The notes under the pieces were generated by a model. That model saw nothing but the letters and a program-made list of their open reading frames with translations. It did not search any database and was not told the origin of the DNA. From Hafnia phage vB_HpaM_Meifeng: a stretch of DNA of 40,000 nucleotides. Location: sequence record MW749008.1. The stretch is one strand, 5' to 3'. The translations under genes were made by a program, and so were the position numbers. Shown piece after piece: positions 9,239 to 17,050 of this stretch. The stretch's first letter is position 1. The number at the start of each line of letters is the position of its first letter.

Positions 9239-9555
9239 TCCCCCTTAACCTTGATGCCAGCGGCGCGAATAGACTCGATACATTTAGATCGCATCCTGTT
9301 AGAGAAGCCCGCGCTAATGTCGACTTGAGAATCGGTTCCGCTATCTGGCTCTGGTGCTGGAAGTTCCACCTCCACTGCCTCGCGGCTTGCTTGCCATGCC
9401 TCTAAGAAAAACTCATATTGAGATTGGATAAATGCGTATTTATATCTACCAACATTCTCATTAAAAGCCATTGAAGCTTCAGGCTCTCGCTTCATATAAA
9501 TCGCTTCAAACTGCTCTCTAGATGTCATCGTTTCCCTCCCGCTCCGGTGCTTCAT
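9235..9555 (-). CDS. Hypothetical protein, N-terminus similar to the adjacent gene
   Basis: MTSREQFEAIYMKREPE...FFLEAWQASREAVEVELP; ATG at the MTSREQ start is more likely than the first Met. Confidence 0.6.
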   Translation of the reverse strand: MKHRSGRETMTSREQFEAIYMKREPEASMAFNENVGRYKYAFIQSQYEFFLEAWQASREAVEVELPAPEPDSGTDSQVDISAGFSNRMRSKCIESIRAAGIKVKGE

Positions 9556-9889
9556 ACAACTCTTTAATCACGGCGTCTTTGAATGCCCAGCTATTAGTGT
9601 TTGGCTTGTTGAATACAACTGTTGGCAAACCAAAATTATGCTCTATAGCCCACGCATACGGCTTACTCTTCTCTTGTGTCACATGCTGTGCTGTAGACTC
9701 TATTTCCACAGCTTTGCGGGATAGTTCCCACCATTCGAACGCCTGCCTAGCAAGTAGTGAGTAATATCCCCAATCCGGATCATCATCAGTGCCGTGGTTA
9801 TACCACTCCAGCATTGTGTCTTTATGGGATGGGGGAATATCTGGATATGCTTTTCTAAATGTCTCTTCAAACTGTTCACTACTTGTCAT
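9518..9889 (-). CDS. Hypothetical protein, N-terminus similar to the adjacent gene
   Basis: MTSSEQFEETFRKAYPD...QAFEWWELSRKAVEIES; overlapping operon organisation. Confidence 0.6.
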   Translation of the reverse strand: MTSSEQFEETFRKAYPDIPPSHKDTMLEWYNHGTDDDPDWGYYSLLARQAFEWWELSRKAVEIESTAQHVTQEKSKPYAWAIEHNFGLPTVVFNKPNTNSWAFKDAVIKELYEAPEREGNDDI

Positions 9890-9898
9890 GACTATCTC

Positions 9899-10321
9899 CT
9901 AAAAGTATTTGGCTCTGAGTCCGCAGGCGTTGCCCTTGTCCATCGCCCAATTTACGGTGTCCAGATCCCGAGCTTCAGCAATAAGACGTGATATTTCCGT
10001 TTGCGCTCGACGAACCAATCCGCGATTAATCAGCTGTTCGATTTCCTGCTTCTTGGCCCCGAGGCTTACGGTATTGTCTTTTGCTGTAATGACTGTTTTC
10101 TTTCGTGCTGGCGGCTTAGTTTTGGCGTGTTTTGGTGCTTCTGGGATACCGTACCGATATTTGCCGCGGCTCCCCGTTTTGATCAGCATTCCGATTCGTG
10201 CGAGGTATCTCAGGCTTGAGTTAACTTCTCTGACGCTGAATCCAGTACCTCTGCATATTTCTCCCATCGGCGACGCGCCATGCTTTTCGATGTGGGAGAT
10301 AACCTCTCTAATTTTTGACAT
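9899..10321 (-). CDS. Winged-helix/HTH-like hypothetical protein
   Basis: MSKIREVISHIEKHGASPMGEICRGTGFSVREVNSSLRYLARIGMLIKTGSRGKYRYGI has wHTH character; the track ORF start 10405 is upstream but ATG 10321 follows AGGAG. Confidence 0.65.
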   Translation of the reverse strand: MSKIREVISHIEKHGASPMGEICRGTGFSVREVNSSLRYLARIGMLIKTGSRGKYRYGIPEAPKHAKTKPPARKKTVITAKDNTVSLGAKKQEIEQLINRGLVRRAQTEISRLIAEARDLDTVNWAMDKGNACGLRAKYF

Positions 10322-10478
10322 CACGCAACTCCTGAGCTTCAGTTTCAAAGGCATCCGCTCGCCAAGAATCAACGCGATCAACCATTCCATCGTAGTGCGT
10401 CTCACATGATGTGAATCCGTGATACGTGAGGCCGTCGCCGTATTCGAGATACTGATGACACATGCAACACTTGCTCAT
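10308..10478 (-). CDS. Small CxxC-type protein (56 aa) absent from the ORF track
   Basis: MSKCCMCHQYLEYGDGLTYHGFTSCETHYDGMVDRVDSWRADAFETEAQELRDVKN*; ATG overlaps the stop of replication gene P (ATGA). Confidence 0.65.
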   Translation of the reverse strand: MSKCCMCHQYLEYGDGLTYHGFTSCETHYDGMVDRVDSWRADAFETEAQELRDVKN

Positions 10479-11182
10479 TGCTGACCTCTGCGCGGTAGGT
10501 TTAGCTTTTTGCGAATATCTGCAATTTTCTGTAGCCCAGCTTCATTGCTGATCGGAATGTGTAGCTTTTCCAACTGAACAACTGGCTTTGGTATTTCTTC
10601 ACCAGACTCAATGCGCCGCCCCATGATCACTAACTCTTCAGTGCAACTCTTGCGGAGTTCTGATTCAGACTGGTTCTTGCCGCGCATCTGCGAATATAAC
10701 TTTGTCACCATCCAGTAAGTCGCGTTGCTAGGCCACGGATACGACTCTGGTGACGAATACAATCCACGGTTAGCGCAGTACTCCATCACTAGGCCATACA
10801 GCTCTTCGCTGCTGGGCAAGCCGTTAGCTTTCAGAACACCTTGCTTGCACCATGCGATAAATTGACCGGGTGAAGGCCAGAACGGAGACTCACTGGATCG
10901 GGCATGTTGCATCCCCGCAGATAGCTGCTCTCTGGTTCGAATTCCATTCTCAGCGAATGCAGCAATCCACTGTTTTTTTGCTGCGTTCTCGTCTTCAGGC
11001 CTACGCAGGTTGGTTTGGCTTGCTGCTGGGAACACCTGCTTTAGCTGGCGAAACAGAGCATCAACCAAGTTTTCAGCATCTGGATTAACCACCCCCTGCA
11101 TTGCCTGTGTTGTTGGGTTAGACATTCTGGCCAGCGCCGAACCATCTCGGTTTGCGATAGCGCTCATCAGTCGATGTGTCAT
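10475..11182 (-). CDS. P: Replication protein P (lambda P-like)
   Basis: ESPFWPSPGQFIAWCKQG...YPWPSNATYWMVTKLYSQMRG; ATG 11182 overlaps the O stop codon (ATGA). Confidence 0.85.
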   Translation of the reverse strand: MTHRLMSAIANRDGSALARMSNPTTQAMQGVVNPDAENLVDALFRQLKQVFPAASQTNLRRPEDENAAKKQWIAAFAENGIRTREQLSAGMQHARSSESPFWPSPGQFIAWCKQGVLKANGLPSSEELYGLVMEYCANRGLYSSPESYPWPSNATYWMVTKLYSQMRGKNQSESELRKSCTEELVIMGRRIESGEEIPKPVVQLEKLHIPISNEAGLQKIADIRKKLNLPRRGQQ

Positions 11183-12087
11183 ATGAAATCCTCCCATGAC
11201 TCTTTGCTGTTCCAGTGCGGTACCGGATCAGCGCTTGGTCGTTGGCTTCGGTTTGGCTTGCCCATCTGGGCAGATAGGGTTCCCCATTTTTTCCGCAGAG
11301 CTGCTGGGGATAGGATGTTTGAGCACCAGAACGAATCTCGGTTTGCCCAGAGAAATAACTCACAAATCTCTTTGTGCGTTCGGTTGTCTTGCTGTCTCAT
11401 CAGTCGAACTACGTTTGCCCAGTCCGCCCAGTTGGGTTCTTTTGCTGATGCATCAACCACGCAGACCTTCTCGTAAATCCAGCGACTAGCCATGTCGTCT
11501 TCCTCAGTCCCCCACTTGGATCCAGTGGCTGAGTAAACAAACGCATCTGGATGAGCTGAGAGAAACTTTGAAATGGGCTTGTCAGATGATTCGAGAGAAT
11601 CATCGGACGAAGGGTTTTTATTACTGTTCTTGTTCTTGTATTGGGTGTCTACCGTTTTCGGGAACAGTTTTCCTGATTCTGGGAATGATTTTCCCGTTTT
11701 CGGGAGCTTTCTTCCCGTTTTCGGTTTGTCTAAAATCCATCCAGATAATTCGGTGTTTACTCCAACAATTTTCATCACTCCCTGCTTCTGGCTAAAGATG
11801 ATATTTCTCTCTGCTAAAGCCCTGATAGCATCCGATACATGTGTGTCGCTCAAACCTGTCAGCTCGGCGATTACCGTGTTCGTCACCCTGTCCTGTTTCT
11901 TATTCCATCCATAAGTGAGCCAGATCACCGCCTCGAAACATTGCCATTCCCTGCCTGACATTCTGAGGCGTGGTTTTAGCTGCTGAATCTCGTTGGCGAC
12001 CTTTGTGTACCCATTGGACAGGTCAGCCATACGCCCCCCTGTTTGTTCGGTTTTCTTGGGAAATCTTATTACCTCTGCGGTATTCAT
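11179..12087 (-). CDS. O: Replication protein O (initiator)
   Basis: DLSNGYTKVANEIQQLKPRLRMSGREWQCFEAVIWLTYGWNKKQDRV...LTGLSDTHVSDAIRALAERNII is the phage replication protein O N-terminal wHTH; iterons inside the gene. Confidence 0.9.
   Translation of the reverse strand: MNTAEVIRFPKKTEQTGGRMADLSNGYTKVANEIQQLKPRLRMSGREWQCFEAVIWLTYGWNKKQDRVTNTVIAELTGLSDTHVSDAIRALAERNIIFSQKQGVMKIVGVNTELSGWILDKPKTGRKLPKTGKSFPESGKLFPKTVDTQYKNKNSNKNPSSDDSLESSDKPISKFLSAHPDAFVYSATGSKWGTEEDDMASRWIYEKVCVVDASAKEPNWADWANVVRLMRQQDNRTHKEICELFLWANRDSFWCSNILSPAALRKKWGTLSAQMGKPNRSQRPSADPVPHWNSKESWEDFI
11642..11725 (-). repeat. Four 21-bp iterons of the phage replication origin within O
   Basis: Minus strand units ACCGAAAACGGGAAGAAAGCT / CCCGAAAACGGGAAAATCATT / CCCAGAATCAGGAAAACTGTT / CCCGAAAACGGTAGACACCCA; followed by an A-rich stretch. 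Confidence 0.85.
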
Positions 12088-12491
12088 TCTGAATCCTCCA
12101 CTTCGTAATCAGTGAAGTAACCTTTGGACATGGCGATGAATCGTGTTTCTGTCACTGTGTATGCTTTCCTGCCTTTCCTCTCTCGCCCTTCAGGGTCAAT
12201 AAGATGACAGGCATAAATAATTCGCCGTTGCCACTTACCCGGCATTTCAGCGACAGAAAGAACCTCTAGGATTCTTTTTCCTTCAGCGTCGGCGGTATAA
12301 ACCATCTGATCACCATAACCACAATCAGCTGGCTCAGATGTTTTTCTACATCCACCAATCCACCGCTCATCAGTAGTGACATCGCCGTTGTATGACTGGT
12401 AATCAGTGGTGATAAATATAAATGGATAAACGGTTTCAAACTTATCGCCGCTCCGTAGATCAATGTTTACTTGTTTAGTTTGTCCTGACAT
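12084..12491 (-). CDS. Hypothetical protein between cII and O
   Basis: 135 aa; good RBS (AGGAGTAATT-ATG); 4-bp overlap with O. Confidence 0.6.
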   Translation of the reverse strand: MSGQTKQVNIDLRSGDKFETVYPFIFITTDYQSYNGDVTTDERWIGGCRKTSEPADCGYGDQMVYTADAEGKRILEVLSVAEMPGKWQRRIIYACHLIDPEGRERKGRKAYTVTETRFIAMSKGYFTDYEVEDSE

Positions 12492-12517
12492 AATTACTCC
12501 TGTGAATTGATCCAGTA

Positions 12518-12817
12518 CTAGAAAGTCATAGTGATCTGTGAATCCCCATCTGTTGGCGCGGCTGGGGATTTTTTCTTTCCAATCGTTTTGTATAAGTCCT
12601 GCAATGCTCTCCCTATCGGACTCACCTCAGCAGCAATCCCTAAAGCACATATAACCGATGCTACGAAGCGCCAGTCAGTTCGGCTTAGCTTCGATTCATG
12701 ACAGCCAATCATCTTTGCCATGCCTCGCTGGGTAAGCTGTGAGATACCAATAAGTACATCTGTTTCTGCACGATCAACATCGCGCGGGTTTAACTTGCTA
12801 TGAGTTGCATGTTCCAT
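12518..12817 (-). CDS. cII: CII-like transcriptional activator
   Basis: GISQLTQRGMAKMIGCHESKLSRTDWRFVASVICALGI matches the CII family; located between cro and O. Confidence 0.88.
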   Translation of the reverse strand: MEHATHSKLNPRDVDRAETDVLIGISQLTQRGMAKMIGCHESKLSRTDWRFVASVICALGIAAEVSPIGRALQDLYKTIGKKKSPAAPTDGDSQITMTF

Positions 12818-12902
12818 TGATTAAAATTTCCGTGTTGAATAAATAGTTACACCACCGGTTAGGTGGTTGGGGTTTCCCCACATTGCGGCAGGGAGGCCAT
12901 GA

Positions 12903-12915
12903 CTGTTAAAGAGCG
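12903..12915 (-). promoter_or_regulatory. nutR boxA-like element
   Basis: Minus strand CGCTCTTTAACAG between cro and cII. Confidence 0.75.
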
Positions 12916-12922
12916 GTGTTGC

Positions 12923-13147
12923 TTAAGCGGCTTGCTTTTTGGTATCGCCAAACATTAGCCAATTGGCTGTGCATTTCAGTGCTTCGGCAATCTCTAGCAG
13001 GTTGCGAGGTCGTTTGGTTTCACCTGCTTCCAGCTGCTGGTATGACTGCTGAGTAATCCCAGCTTGAGCTGCAACTTCAGCTTGGGTTAAACCAAGTTCA
13101 GTCCTTCGCTGCTTCACTCGCTGGGAGAGGGTTTTGTTTGTATTCAT
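12923..13147 (-). CDS. cro: Cro repressor-like HTH protein
   Basis: RVKQRRTELGLTQAEVAAQAGITQQSYQQLEAGETKRPRNLLEIAEALKC; divergent from cI. Confidence 0.88.
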   Translation of the reverse strand: MNTNKTLSQRVKQRRTELGLTQAEVAAQAGITQQSYQQLEAGETKRPRNLLEIAEALKCTANWLMFGDTKKQAA

Positions 13148-13157
13148 TCCGTTCTCC

Positions 13158-13218
13158 TACAGTTTTATCTGTATTGTTCTACAGGAAAGCCTGTTTGTCA
13201 AATACAGTATTTACTGTG
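13158..13218. promoter_or_regulatory. Right operator region: three 16-bp operators (TACAG-N6-CTGTA)
   Basis: 13158-13173 TACAGTTTTATCTGTA; 13180-13195 TACAGGAAAGCCTGTT; 13203-13218 TACAGTATTTACTGTG; centres 22-23 bp apart. Confidence 0.88.
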
Positions 13219-13255
13219 AAGATCTACGGAGTTTGTTAACACTAGGAGAGGATTT

Positions 13256-13936
13256 ATGAGCCTCGCAGAACGAGTAAAAGAAAGACGTGAGGCGCTAGGA
13301 ATCACGCAGACAGAACTGGCAGAAAAAGTTGGTATAAAACAACAATCTATTGCTAGTATTGAAAACGGAGAGACTAAGAATCCAAGAAAAATATTCGAGC
13401 TAGCTACCGCGCTTAAATGTTCAATGCAGTGGCTTAAGACTGGCGAGCACGAATCAAACGCAACAAGCTTAGAAGGGATCTCTCTCTGGGATGATGATGA
13501 TGTAGATGATGATGATGATGTTTATCTACCATTCTTCAAAGAGGCTCAACTCGCAGCAGGAAGTGGCAGAGTGGTAGAACTTGATTGTGATGGGAGAAAG
13601 CTTAAATTCTCTCTTAGAAGCTTAAGAAAACTTGGTGTTAACCCTGAAGATGCGGCATGTATGTCTGTTTGGGGTAATAGCATGGAACCAGTGTTACCTG
13701 ATGGGGCTACCGTAGCAATAAATACAGGTAATACAGAGATTAAGGATGGGAAAATCTATGCCCTAGATCATGAGGGCATGGCTAGAGTTAAGATAGTTTA
13801 TCGCCTTCCTGGTGGAGGGATTAGATTACGTTCCTTCAATACTGATGAGTTTCCTGATGAGTTTTATCATGGAGAGGAAAGCAATAAGATAAGAGTAGTT
13901 GGCGCCGTATTTTGGTATGGCGTGACCATCAAATAA
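13256..13936 (+). CDS. cI: CI repressor (HTH + S24 peptidase)
   Basis: HTH similar to the cro product; C-terminal AAG site, SVWGNSMEPVLPDG catalytic Ser and DGKIYAL Lys. Confidence 0.93.
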   Translation: MSLAERVKERREALGITQTELAEKVGIKQQSIASIENGETKNPRKIFELATALKCSMQWLKTGEHESNATSLEGISLWDDDDVDDDDDVYLPFFKEAQLAAGSGRVVELDCDGRKLKFSLRSLRKLGVNPEDAACMSVWGNSMEPVLPDGATVAINTGNTEIKDGKIYALDHEGMARVKIVYRLPGGGIRLRSFNTDEFPDEFYHGEESNKIRVVGAVFWYGVTIK

Positions 13937-13958
13937 CCATCACACCATCTCACACCAA

Positions 13959-13980
13959 CCCGCCATGTGCGGGTTTTTTT
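13959..13980 (+). terminator. Intrinsic terminator after cI
   Basis: CCCGC-CATGT-GCGGG-TTTTTTT. Confidence 0.85.
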
Positions 13981-14019
13981 GTGCCTAAAAAAACTTTAAT
14001 ACAAGTAAATTCAATTACA

Positions 14020-14079
14020 TACTCAAAAACCTGTAAAATATACAGTTTAAACTGTTTACTGAATACAGTTTTGCCTGTA
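14020..14079. promoter_or_regulatory. Left operator region: two clear operators and one degenerate operator
   Basis: 14041-14056 TACAGTTTAAACTGTT; 14064-14079 TACAGTTTTGCCTGTA; 14020-14035 TACTCAAAAACCTGTA (degenerate); same consensus as upstream of cI. Confidence 0.82.
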
Positions 14080-14129
14080 CAGTTATTTCCATCAACACGG
14101 CAGCACACCAGATCACCGGAAGCGGCCAG

Positions 14130-14165
14130 CTCTTTAACAATCAGAAGGTATGCCGAGAGGTGTAC
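14130..14165 (+). promoter_or_regulatory. nutL-like element: boxA and candidate boxB hairpin
   Basis: boxA GCTCTTTAACAA (14130-14141); candidate boxB TATGCC-GAGA-GGTGTA (14150-14165) with GNRA-type loop. Confidence 0.6.
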
Positions 14166-14361
14166 ACCAAAGTTAAGTTGGCTTTGGGGTGTGGTGAATG
14201 CGCAGGCTGATGCGTACCGAGATCGAAACGTAAGGCGCTCTGCGCTGTGATAGATGGTATCTGCGGGTTGTTCCGTACAAGGGCTGGTGAGTGCCATCCA
14301 GCAAGCCGGAATATTTCAGTACCGGCCACCACATCACCAAAGCTAACTAACGGAGAAATCC

Positions 14362-14631
14362 ATGAACGCAAAACAACGCTGCAAATTACGTCGTCTAGAG
14401 CGTCGTAGTGAAGAAAGAAACTCAGCCAATGCAGAGCGCCGGTTGGCACGCAAAATTGCTACCACGCTCTCTGGATGCTCAGACAGAACAGTAAAAGCGC
14501 TATCACTACCGACACCGAGAGCTGCTAAAGAGCTTGAGGTAGAACATAAGCAATATCGGGTTGTGTCCGGCGTAAACATTTCAGCGTTCGGGCGCCAGAA
14601 GATTCGCGGGAAGAGCATTCCCTTAATTTAG
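14362..14631 (+). CDS. N: N antitermination protein (phi21/lambda N-like)
   Basis: Arg-rich N-terminus MNAKQRCKLRRLERRSEERN and conserved C-terminus FGRQKIRGKSIPLI; located after left operators and boxA. Confidence 0.85.
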   Translation: MNAKQRCKLRRLERRSEERNSANAERRLARKIATTLSGCSDRTVKALSLPTPRAAKELEVEHKQYRVVSGVNISAFGRQKIRGKSIPLI

Positions 14632-14641
14632 AGAGGTAGGT

Positions 14642-14806
14642 ATGGAGCCATCAAGAATTGAATCAGGACACTTGAATAGCATCCTGACTAATTTAAACGA
14701 TAAGTTTTCTAAGATTAATGGCGCAGATTACCAGAATCTACATCATCAAGAGCATCGTGGGTGCTTTCAATGGTTAAAGCGACTTTTTCAAGCATATCGG
14801 AAATAG
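14642..14806 (+). CDS. Small hypothetical protein (54 aa), absent from the ORF track
   Basis: MEPSRIESGHLNSILTNLNDKFSKINGADYQNLHHQEHRGCFQWLKRLFQAYRK*; AGAGAGGTAGGT precedes ATG. Confidence 0.5.
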   Translation: MEPSRIESGHLNSILTNLNDKFSKINGADYQNLHHQEHRGCFQWLKRLFQAYRK

Positions 14807-14996
14807 TCGCTCTAGATATTTCATCATCAATATCAGCGCTATTTATTTCGGCACATTTTCGAAGGTAGCTTACTAGCTCTGATTTATCTATTCCCATCTT
14901 TTTGCAGAAGAAACTGGCTATAAAGGCTGTTGCTGTAATGTTGCCCGTGTCCAAGGCAAGCATCATTTTGATGGCATCGTCGTTCATATTAATCAC
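14715..14996 (-). CDS. Hypothetical protein encoded opposite to the left operon
   Basis: 93 aa MINMNDDAIKMMLALDTGNITATAFIASFFCKKMGIDKSELVSYLRKCAEI...; no plus-strand ORF covers most of it. Confidence 0.55.
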   Translation of the reverse strand: MINMNDDAIKMMLALDTGNITATAFIASFFCKKMGIDKSELVSYLRKCAEINSADIDDEISRATISDMLEKVALTIESTHDALDDVDSGNLRH

Positions 14997-15098
14997 TTAC
15001 TTTGACTGTGGAATAACCAAAATATCAGTTTTCCTTGACTGTGGAAAGTTAGGAACCACCTCGCCTGATGTGGATAAAAGCAGGCAACAAACAATCAC

Positions 15099-15120
15099 AG
15101 GTCGCCTAGGTGGCCTTTTT
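15099..15120 (+). terminator. Intrinsic terminator
   Basis: AGGTCGCC-TA-GGTGGCCTTTTTA. Confidence 0.6.
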
Positions 15121-15125
15121 ATTGG

Positions 15126-15320
15126 GTGAACAAGGGGTGTGAGATGGAAGAAGCAAGAAAAGAGTTTGAGCTTTTATGTCCGCTCAACGGATTGAAGAAA
15201 GACAACCCAATCATTCTTTCTGCAAATGCTGGCGTTGTTTATCGTGATGTCAAAACACAGCAGGCATGGCGCTTCTTCTTAAAAGGATGGAGAGCTAAAT
15301 CAAAAGCCCGCGCCGAGTAA
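15126..15320 (+). CDS. Small hypothetical phage protein
   Basis: 64 aa, MEEARKEFELLCPLNGLKKDNPIILSANAGVVYRDVKTQQAWRFFLKGWRAKSKARAE; RBS-like GGGGTGTGAG before the internal Met. Confidence 0.6.
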   Translation: MNKGCEMEEARKEFELLCPLNGLKKDNPIILSANAGVVYRDVKTQQAWRFFLKGWRAKSKARAE

Positions 15321-15477
15321 TGCACATCGCAGGTATTCACTGAGTATCTGCTGTGAGCAATTCTCTGAGCGTCACCTGCCCGCTCAATACGACGATGATG
15401 GCAGATAGATAACGGGGTGATCTATGTAGTCTGTAACGCTGGCGAGCGAATACGTATCCACACGGAGTTTTGATTTT

Positions 15478-15501
15478 GCCCCTCTCGTTAGGGGCTTTTT
15501 T
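15478..15501 (+). terminator. Intrinsic terminator
   Basis: GCCCCT-CTCGTT-AGGGGC-TTTTTT. Confidence 0.85.
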
Positions 15502-15517
15502 ATGGCTGGAGGAAAGT

Positions 15518-15862
15518 ATGACCGACTTGGATTTTTGGGAAGAGTGTATTTCATTGGGCGCGGAAGACTGCGACCTGACGCTGACACCAGAGCAATTGAA
15601 GTGCCTAGCTGAGTCTGTTAGTGCTGGGCATGAAAACTACGGAATGGCCTTTTACAGTCCGCCAGACTCCGACAGATATGACGACCTCGAACGCGAGTCT
15701 CAATCAAAGCTAAAGAAATTGCAGGCTGAATTTGATGCCTATCGCAACAACGCCGAATCAGCTGTTAAGCAGGCTCTGGGCCAATATCGCGACGCTAATG
15801 TCAGCATTGGCGACCACGGCGAAGTATTCCGGCACGATGGCAGAACAGAACAAATTCAATAG
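15518..15862 (+). CDS. Hypothetical acidic/coiled-coil phage protein
   Basis: GGAGGAAAGT-ATG; MTDLDFWEECISLGAEDCDLTLTPEQLKC... Confidence 0.65.
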   Translation: MTDLDFWEECISLGAEDCDLTLTPEQLKCLAESVSAGHENYGMAFYSPPDSDRYDDLERESQSKLKKLQAEFDAYRNNAESAVKQALGQYRDANVSIGDHGEVFRHDGRTEQIQ

Positions 15863-15886
15863 AGCCGCTTAAATGCGGCTTTTTTT
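15863..15886 (+). terminator. Intrinsic terminator
   Basis: AGCCGC-TTAAAT-GCGGCT-TTTTTT. Confidence 0.85.
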
Positions 15887-15946
15887 ATACCCGCTTCATC
15901 GCAAAGCGTAGGCGTTTTGCAATGAAACCAACAAAGGAGATCGCCA

Positions 15947-17020
15947 GTGAGCGAGGAAAAGAACGAAATTGCATTAGTCACTCTGCCGAGCGTACCGGCT
16001 GAGCTCGAAGCTGCTTTTATCAATGACGAATTCATTGAAGGGTTACTTAAAGACGTCCGTGAAAAAGCATCCTCTGTAGTTGGTGACCTGAATACAGCCA
16101 AGGGACGCCGTGCATACATCAGCATGGCGGCGAATGTCCGTAGCACTAAGACCGCTATTGATGAGGCTGGTAAGAAGTTAGTTGCAGAGATGAAGAAGCG
16201 CCCTGCTCTTGTCGATGCCAGCCGTAAAAAGGTTAGGGATTCGCTGGACGAACTGGCGGTTGAGATTCGCAAGCCAGTGACTGACTGGGAGGCTGAGCAG
16301 AAAGAAAAAGAGTTCAACGCTATGTGGGATGAGGCGTTAGAGCTGGATGCCAAAATTACAGCGGAACGCGCCGCGGCTTTGGCGGCGAAGATTGAAGCCG
16401 ATCATGAAATGGCTTTACTCATGAACGAGAAGATTGACCGTGAGCGCGAAGAAGCACGACAGAAAGCCGAGCAAGCCAAACGCGAGCATGAAGAACGTAT
16501 TAAGCGTGAGGCCGAAGAGAATGCGCGGCGTGAAGCAGACGAAGCGGCAAAGCGTGAAATAGAAGCGGCAGCTGCTAGAGAGCGCGAAGCTACATTGGCG
16601 AAGGAACGTGCCGAACGTGAAGCCAAGGAGCTGGCAGAGAAAGCGGAGCGCGACCGCATAGAAGCAGAGCAGCGAGCTGAACGCGAGAAGAAAGAGGCCG
16701 CTGAGCGTGCTGAACGTGAAAAGCAGGAAGCCATTGCCGAAGAGCAACGAAAGGCCCACGAAGAAGCCGAGAGAATTAAGCGTGAAAACGAGCAGAGGGA
16801 ACAAGCTCGATTAGATGAAGAAAAGCGCATAAAAGATGAAGAAGCTCGCCGCGCCGCAGATATCGCTCACCAGAAGAAAATCAATAATGCAGCTATGGCG
16901 ATTCTTATGAGTACTGGCTTAAGCGAAGCAGCAGCTCGGGAATGTGTTTGTGCCATCGTTAAGAATCAAAAAGCGTTAGCCGCCTCAGTCCAGCGCCCAC
17001 CTATCAGCATCAACTACTAA
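15947..17020 (+). CDS. Large coiled-coil protein with TolA-like low-complexity region
   Basis: 357 aa, N-terminal globular part then about 200 aa of E/A/R/K heptad-like sequence. Confidence 0.8.
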   Translation: MSEEKNEIALVTLPSVPAELEAAFINDEFIEGLLKDVREKASSVVGDLNTAKGRRAYISMAANVRSTKTAIDEAGKKLVAEMKKRPALVDASRKKVRDSLDELAVEIRKPVTDWEAEQKEKEFNAMWDEALELDAKITAERAAALAAKIEADHEMALLMNEKIDREREEARQKAEQAKREHEERIKREAEENARREADEAAKREIEAAAAREREATLAKERAEREAKELAEKAERDRIEAEQRAEREKKEAAERAEREKQEAIAEEQRKAHEEAERIKRENEQREQARLDEEKRIKDEEARRAADIAHQKKINNAAMAILMSTGLSEAAARECVCAIVKNQKALAASVQRPPISINY

Positions 17021-17050
17021 TCAAATTCAAAGCAATTACAGGAGGGTTGA

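Noticed and set aside
9909-10409. 166-aa plus-strand ORF
   Set aside because: Fully antisense to the wHTH ORF and the small CxxC ORF of the minus operon; leucine/serine-rich shadow frame without RBS or context.
11118-11363. 81-aa minus ORF between O and P
   Set aside because: Overlaps the 3' end of O and start of P in another frame; O and P already join by ATGA overlap.
14141-14618. Minus ORFs opposite N and nutL (115, 102, 91 aa)
   Set aside because: Antisense to a well supported N gene and regulatory DNA.
15384-15587. 67-aa minus ORF
   Set aside because: Crosses a clear plus-strand terminator and RBS of the next gene.
15856-16830. Long minus-strand ORFs (165, 142, 129 aa) opposite the coiled-coil gene
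   Set aside because: Serine/phenylalanine/leucine-rich complements of a repetitive Glu/Ala/Arg/Lys coding sequence, a known artefact.
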